Positions 58,822 to 64,000 of a stretch of 64,000 bases of DNA are shown here, piece after piece. A model generated the notes under the pieces. The model was not told the DNA's origin and searched no databases. It was given only the letters and a program-made list of their open reading frames with translations. Origin of the DNA: Candidatus Krumholzibacteriia bacterium (GTDB lineage: Bacteria; Krumholzibacteriota; Krumholzibacteriia; LZORAL124-64-63); contig JBFXKG010000009.1 of NCBI GenBank assembly GCA_050174015.1, forward strand, positions 32,001-96,000. Direction: 5' to 3'. How positions within the stretch are numbered: position 1 is the first letter of the stretch; the number at the start of each line of letters is the position of its first letter. Made by a program: the position numbers and the translations under genes.

Positions 58822-59805
58822 ATGATCGAAGTCCAGAAATTGTCGAGGAAGTTCGGTCCGATCTGGGCCCTGCGCAACGTTTCCTTCGCGGTCGGAGGGG
58901 GCGAGATCGTCGGTTTCCTGGGACCGAACGGGGCCGGCAAGACCACCACGATGAGGATCCTCACCGGCTCGCTGGCTCCCACGGCGGGCTATGCCAGGGT
59001 GGCGGGCTTCGACATCCTCGACCGGCCGCTCGAGGTCCGCCGGCGGATCGGCTTCATGCCGGAACACGCCGCCCTGCACCCGGACCAGAGCGTCCGGGCC
59101 TATCTCGATTTCGTCGCCGACGTCAAGGGCGTGCCGCCGAACCTGCGGCGCCCACGTCTGGACTGGGTGCTCGAGCGCACCGGGTTGACCGGGGTGGCGG
59201 GCAAGCTGGTGGGCAACCTTTCCCAGGGTTTCCGCAAGCGGGCCTGCCTGGCCCAGGCCCTGGTCGGCGACCCCGACGTCCTGATCCTGGACGAACCCAC
59301 CAGCGGACTTGACCCCCACCAGATCGTCGAGATCCGCGAGCTGATCCGCAGTTTCCGGGGCAAACGCACGGTCCTGTTCAGCAGCCACATCCTGTCGGAG
59401 GTCGGCGCCGTCTGCCAGCGGGTCCTGATCCTCAACGGAGGGCGCCTGGTCGGGCAGAACGGCAGCGAGGGGCTGGACGCCGCCGACCTGGCCCGGATCC
59501 CGGCGGGCAAGCCTCGGGTCGTGCTCAGTTGGGACGGCAACCGCGAGGGGGTCGAGGCGGCCCTGCGCGGGGTGACCGGGGTCGACGACATCCTCCTGAC
59601 CGAGTCGGGCGCCGAGGTCCTCATCGCGGGCAACCCCGTGGAGATCCGGCCCAAGCTGGTCGAGTCCGTCGTCAATGCCGGCGGCCTGCTCCAGAACCTC
59701 CATGACAAGGGTCCCAGCCTCGAGGATCTCTTCCTGCGCCTGACCGGGGCGGACGTTCCGGAGGCCGGGGAGCCGGGGAACGGATCGGCGGGGGAGGAGC
59801 CATGA
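58822..59805 (+). CDS. ABC transporter ATP-binding protein (GldA-like)
   Basis: GPNGAGKTT, LSQGFRKR, ILDEPTSGLDP, SSHILSEV and SLEDLFL motifs. Confidence 0.92.
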   Translation: MIEVQKLSRKFGPIWALRNVSFAVGGGEIVGFLGPNGAGKTTTMRILTGSLAPTAGYARVAGFDILDRPLEVRRRIGFMPEHAALHPDQSVRAYLDFVADVKGVPPNLRRPRLDWVLERTGLTGVAGKLVGNLSQGFRKRACLAQALVGDPDVLILDEPTSGLDPHQIVEIRELIRSFRGKRTVLFSSHILSEVGAVCQRVLILNGGRLVGQNGSEGLDAADLARIPAGKPRVVLSWDGNREGVEAALRGVTGVDDILLTESGAEVLIAGNPVEIRPKLVESVVNAGGLLQNLHDKGPSLEDLFLRLTGADVPEAGEPGNGSAGEEP

Positions 59806-61991
59806 GGGCGGCGGCGGCCATCATGCGCCGGGAGATCGGCGCCTTCTTCCACGGCCCCATGGGGCCGGTGGTGCTCGGCGGGTTCCTGGTCGCGGTGGGT
59901 CTGTTCTTCACCAACTACCTGTTCGGCTACAGCGAGCTGTCCATGACCGCCCTGCAGACGCCCCGCTCCGGCAACTACCTGAACCTGGCCGAGGGCATCT
60001 TCCGCCCCCTGGTCTCCGTCACCGCCTTCTTCCTGATGTTCCTGGTGCCCGCGATCACCATGCGGACCTTCGCTCCCGAGTTCCAGTCCGGCCGCTTCGA
60101 CCTGATGGCCAGCTGGCCGGTGACCGACGGGACCTGGATCGCCGCCAAGTGGGCGGCCTCGCTCGCCATCGGCGCCGTGATGGTCCTCTGCAGCCTGGCC
60201 TACTTCGCGGTGGTCTGGTTCCTGGGCTCTCCCGAACCCGGCCCGGCGTTCACGGCGATCCTGGGCGAGGTGCTGCTGATCGCGGCCCTGGCCGGGTGGG
60301 GCGTGCTGGCTTCGGCCCTCTTCGCCCACCAGATGGTGGCCTACTTCCTGGCCTTCGTGGTTTCGCTGATGTTCTTCCTGGTGGGATCGGTGGAACGCTA
60401 CGCCCCCGGTCCGGCGGGCCGCATCGCCGGGGAACTCTCGATCCTCGAGCACTTCGAGAGCTTCACCCTGGGCGTGCTGGATTTGCAGGACGTCCTGTAC
60501 TTCGTCCTGATGGCCGCGGCGCCCTTGACGGCCGCCGCCGCGGTGCTGGCGGGACGCCGTCTGCCCCGCAGGCGCGGCTTGCCGGTCTGGGCGCCCCCGA
60601 CCCTGGTCCTGGCCCTCTGCGTGGTCGTCTACCTGCTCGGGCTGCAGTTCCCCTGGTCCCGGGACCTGACGGGGAACCGGCGGTACAGCCTGGCCCCGCA
60701 GACGGTGAAGGTCCTCGAGAGCCTGGGGGACGGCCTGGACGTCCTGGAATCCGCGGCCCCGGGGACGGGAACGGCGGCGGAAGAGGATGGCGTCATGGTC
60801 TACGCCTTCTACCAGCCCCTGGACCCGGCCTGGGACACGACCGAGGGCCTCCTGACCTCCTGCGCCCGGACCTCCCGGCACTTCAGGTTCCGCATGGTCG
60901 ATCCGGAGTCGGACCTGGACCTGGTGCGGGAATTCGACGTGACCGTCACGCGCACGGTCATCGTCTCGGCGGGCGGGCGCTGGGTCTCCCTGCTGCAGCC
61001 AGAGGAAAGCGCCCTGATCAATGCGGTCTACCGTCTGGTCACCGGGGAGCGCAGCCAGGTGCGGCAGCTTCAGGGGCACGGCGAGCACCAGCTGGAAAGC
61101 GACGAGCGCCCGGGCTACTCGAGTTACGGGCAGCTGATGCAGGAGCAGGGGTACGACGTGCGGCCCCTGTTCCTCGCCGAGAATCCGGTGGTTCCCCGGG
61201 ACTGCGACGTCCTGGTCATCGCCGGACCGCGCACCCAGCCTGCGACAGGAGAGCTGGACGCCGTCACGGATTTCCTGCGGCGGGGGGGCGCGGTGCTGGC
61301 CCTGCTGGACCCGCCCACACCTTCGGAATGGGGGGCCTGGCTCGAGCAGTGGCGGGTCGGCCTGACCGACGCGGTGATCATCGCGGCCGACCGCGCGGAG
61401 CAGCAGTACGGCGTGAGCGCCCGGACGATCGTGGTCTCCGACGGCTACGGGGACCATGAGATCACCCGTCCCCTGCAGGGCATCGCTTCGGTGTTCCCCC
61501 TGGTCCAGCCCCTCACTCTGGTGGGCGAGCCGGACAGCACCATCACCGGGGCGATCCTGCTGCAATCCGGGGACCTGACCTGGGCCGAGTTCGACCCCGT
61601 CACCCGCTTCACCGGCCGGCCGACCTTCGACCGGGCCTCGGACATCCAGGGGCCCCTGCCGTTCGGCATGGTGCTCGAGCTCTACCTCGCCGGGATGGAC
61701 GCCCCGCCGGGCCGCGTGGTGGTCCTGGGCAACAGCGAGTTCGCCAGCAACGCCAACCTGAACCTCGCCGCCAACCGCGACCTTCTCCTGAACATGCTGG
61801 CCTGGCTGGCCCGCGAGGAGGAACTGATGGAGGTGCGGGGCCGCGATCCCCTGAGCCAGCCGGTGGTCCTGGGCGACGACGAGCGGAAGGTCCTGGGCTG
61901 GGGAGCGGCGCTGGGCTGGCCCCTGCTGGTCGGCAGCCTTTTCCTGGGCGTCATGTGGCGCCACCGCCGGCAGACCGGATCGGGGGCGTGA
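59802..61991 (+). CDS. Fused ABC-2 permease (GldF-like) and GldG-like auxiliary component
   Basis: N-terminal multi-TM permease (PAITMR...E...G, HFESFTLG), then DLTGNRRYSLAPQT, GHGE, LVIAGP, GRVVVLG, NRDLLLN and a C-terminal TM helix. Confidence 0.85.
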   Translation: MRAAAAIMRREIGAFFHGPMGPVVLGGFLVAVGLFFTNYLFGYSELSMTALQTPRSGNYLNLAEGIFRPLVSVTAFFLMFLVPAITMRTFAPEFQSGRFDLMASWPVTDGTWIAAKWAASLAIGAVMVLCSLAYFAVVWFLGSPEPGPAFTAILGEVLLIAALAGWGVLASALFAHQMVAYFLAFVVSLMFFLVGSVERYAPGPAGRIAGELSILEHFESFTLGVLDLQDVLYFVLMAAAPLTAAAAVLAGRRLPRRRGLPVWAPPTLVLALCVVVYLLGLQFPWSRDLTGNRRYSLAPQTVKVLESLGDGLDVLESAAPGTGTAAEEDGVMVYAFYQPLDPAWDTTEGLLTSCARTSRHFRFRMVDPESDLDLVREFDVTVTRTVIVSAGGRWVSLLQPEESALINAVYRLVTGERSQVRQLQGHGEHQLESDERPGYSSYGQLMQEQGYDVRPLFLAENPVVPRDCDVLVIAGPRTQPATGELDAVTDFLRRGGAVLALLDPPTPSEWGAWLEQWRVGLTDAVIIAADRAEQQYGVSARTIVVSDGYGDHEITRPLQGIASVFPLVQPLTLVGEPDSTITGAILLQSGDLTWAEFDPVTRFTGRPTFDRASDIQGPLPFGMVLELYLAGMDAPPGRVVVLGNSEFASNANLNLAANRDLLLNMLAWLAREEELMEVRGRDPLSQPVVLGDDERKVLGWGAALGWPLLVGSLFLGVMWRHRRQTGSGA

Positions 61992-61993
61992 CC

Positions 61994-63559
61994 ATGAAGG
62001 CCCCATCACCCGGGACCCGGGTCCGCCGGCGCGCAGGCGCCTCCCGCACGGGGGTGCTGGCGCTGATCCTGACCCTGGCCGCGGCGGTCGCGGTCCTGCT
62101 GGCGCTGCGATCCCGCTCCGGGCCCGCCGACCTCGCCCTGGGGGGGCCGCTCCTCCCGGTCGCTCGCGGTGACGTCACGGGCCTGCTGTTGACCCACGGG
62201 GGCGCCCAGTACCGGCTGGACAGGGACCCCGTGGGGCGCTGGAGCCTTTCCGGAGCCATCGGCGACTACCTCGACCAGCAGGCCGTCGGACGCCTGCTCG
62301 ACGACCTCCTGGCGGCCCGGGGCGGGCCCCTGTTGGCCGGCACCGAACCGGGGGACCGCCGCTACGAGTTCAACGGTCCCGACGCCCTGCGGTTGACGGT
62401 GTTTTCGGCGGACCGCGACCCCGTATCCCTGGGTCTGGGGACGTTCAATCCGGTCACCGGGCGTTTCTACGCCACGGGGGCGGGGAGGGCGGCGTGCTTC
62501 ACGGTCGAGGCGGGGCTCAGGGAAAGGCTCGCCCGGTTGCCCGGTTCGGTCCAGCTGAAGACCCTGCTGCCGGTGATTCCGCTGGAAGCGCTCACCGGAC
62601 TGGTTCTCGAGAGGAACGGGAAACCTGCAGTCTTCGCCCGGCGCGACGGCCGGTGGTGGCTGAAGCGCGGACCGGACGGTCTGACGCGCCTGGATCCTCT
62701 GGCCGAGCGCTACCAGCGGTTCTACGGGGACCGGCGGCGGGACGACGCCGACGGCAGCTGGATCCTGGTGTCGGATGCGGCCCTGGGGACGCAGGTCTAC
62801 GAGGTTTCCGAGGTGGTCGTCCGGCAGATCCTTCCCCCCGAGGCCGCCCCCGGATACGCCGAGGCCTGGGGCCTCGACGATCCCTGGCGCCGGGTGGTCC
62901 TGACGGGCCCGGGTCTTGACCCCGATCCGGCAGCCGGGGATCCCGACCGCATGGTGATCGACTTCGGGGAACTCCTCGACGATCAGGTGATCCCCGCCCG
63001 GCGGCGCGGGGTGGTCCTGCTGGCCGACGGGGAGGCCGCGCGCACCCTTGACCAGCCCCTGGAGATCTTCGTCCACCGCACGGCGCTGACCGAACGGGCC
63101 GTCGAGGCCGCCGGCCTCGTCCTGGCAAGGGAAGGGGTCACGGTCCTGGAGGGGACGCGGCGCCGGGAACCTGCCACGGGGGACGGCCGTGAGCTCTGGA
63201 CGACGACCGTTCCCGCCTCAGGCGCGACCGGGATGGAGGAGAGCCGCAGGGCGGCCCTGGCGGGCGAACTGGTCATCGATCTGGATCGTCTGGAGGTCCT
63301 GGCCGTCCTGCCGCCCGTCGCCGATCCGGATATCCTCGAGGAGACCGACAGGGTGCGGTTGACGCTCGAACATGACGAGGGCGGGGAGACGGTCTTCGAG
63401 CTGGGCTACCTCAGGACCGACCGGCTGGATGCCGCCGCCATGGGATCGCTGGAGACCTCGGGGGGCAGGCCGGCTGCGATCCGGCGGCCGGACACCGGCA
63501 GGCTGCTTCAGATCTCCGATTCCCTGATCGTCACGGCCCGGAACCTGGGCAGGCAGTAG
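61994..63559 (+). CDS. Membrane-anchored protein, DUF4340-like
   Basis: Single N-terminal TM helix, repeated W-x-L...V..L...L and G..NP...FY type segments; usual fourth gene of GldA/F/G-like clusters. Confidence 0.6.
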   Translation: MKAPSPGTRVRRRAGASRTGVLALILTLAAAVAVLLALRSRSGPADLALGGPLLPVARGDVTGLLLTHGGAQYRLDRDPVGRWSLSGAIGDYLDQQAVGRLLDDLLAARGGPLLAGTEPGDRRYEFNGPDALRLTVFSADRDPVSLGLGTFNPVTGRFYATGAGRAACFTVEAGLRERLARLPGSVQLKTLLPVIPLEALTGLVLERNGKPAVFARRDGRWWLKRGPDGLTRLDPLAERYQRFYGDRRRDDADGSWILVSDAALGTQVYEVSEVVVRQILPPEAAPGYAEAWGLDDPWRRVVLTGPGLDPDPAAGDPDRMVIDFGELLDDQVIPARRRGVVLLADGEAARTLDQPLEIFVHRTALTERAVEAAGLVLAREGVTVLEGTRRREPATGDGRELWTTTVPASGATGMEESRRAALAGELVIDLDRLEVLAVLPPVADPDILEETDRVRLTLEHDEGGETVFELGYLRTDRLDAAAMGSLETSGGRPAAIRRPDTGRLLQISDSLIVTARNLGRQ

Positions 63560-63585
63560 GGCGCACCTTCCCGGGGAGCGGACCG

Positions 63586-64000
63586 TCAGGGAGCGGCCCG
63601 CACCCACTGGGGTAGCTGGCGGGACGCCAGGAGTTCTCCGGGCCCCGTGCTTCCGCCGATGGGCGCGGCCTGGGCCAGATCCGAGGTGGACCCGAGATCG
63701 AGCTCCGCCAGCAGCCGGGAATAGCGCCCGGTCAGTTCGTGGAAGTCGGCCATCATGTCGCCGCTCACCGGATGGGCTGCGGGCAGCTTCAACAGACGGG
63801 GATTGACGAACTCCCCGTTCCGCTTGACGCGATAATCGAGGTGGGGGCCGGTGGCGTATCCGGTCGCCCCCACGTAACCGATGATTTCGCCCTGCCTCAC
63901 CTTCGCTCCGGCCTTGATGCCCTTGGCGAAGTTCGCCAGGTGCAGGTAGTAGGTCTCGTATTCGCTGTTGTTGTGGCGGATGTGGACGTACCGTCCGTTC
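63586..64000 (-). CDS. M23 family peptidase (MepM-like), C-terminal part; 5' end outside the window
   Basis: Minus strand reads NGRYVHIRHNNSEYETYYLHL...VRQGEIIGYVGATGYATGPHLDYR...VNP. Confidence 0.9.
   Translation of the reverse strand, partial: NGRYVHIRHNNSEYETYYLHLANFAKGIKAGAKVRQGEIIGYVGATGYATGPHLDYRVKRNGEFVNPRLLKLPAAHPVSGDMMADFHELTGRYSRLLAELDLGSTSDLAQAAPIGGSTGPGELLASRQLPQWVRAAP

Overview
High-GC bacterial chromosomal window, mostly core transcription/translation genes. Left end (1-8.4 kb): a surface-polysaccharide block (deacetylase, monotopic phosphoglycosyl transferase, degenerate AsnB-like protein, GT4) and a translationally coupled rmlA-rmlC-ispF-ddl operon. Then tRNA-Thr/Tyr/Gly/Thr-tuf-rpmG-tRNA-Trp-secE-nusG-rplKAJL-rpoBC. 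A ~14 kb accessory block between rpoC and rpsL holds cydAB, a GT-C-like membrane protein, a 2570-aa secreted M6 metalloprotease/beta-helix/FG-GAP protein and a 623-aa partner, both with FlgD-Ig/T9SS-like C-terminal domains. The str-S10-spc-alpha ribosomal cluster follows, then fabH, a GldA/GldF-GldG/DUF4340-type ABC system and a partial M23 peptidase. The C-terminal domain style suggests an FCB-superphylum lineage (inference only). Best leads: (1) the str-operon EF-G has recycling-type (mtEFG2/spdEFG2-like) motifs and sits behind a structured spacer; (2) the two secreted proteins share an unassigned repeated module, and the large one carries a recent near-identical internal duplication; (3) an AsnB-like probable pseudoenzyme; (4) low-complexity extensions on NusG and S5; (5) a possible attenuator in the fabH leader. 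No CRISPR, rRNA, integrase, transposase or reverse transcriptase was seen. All calls are by eye from motifs; no searches were run.
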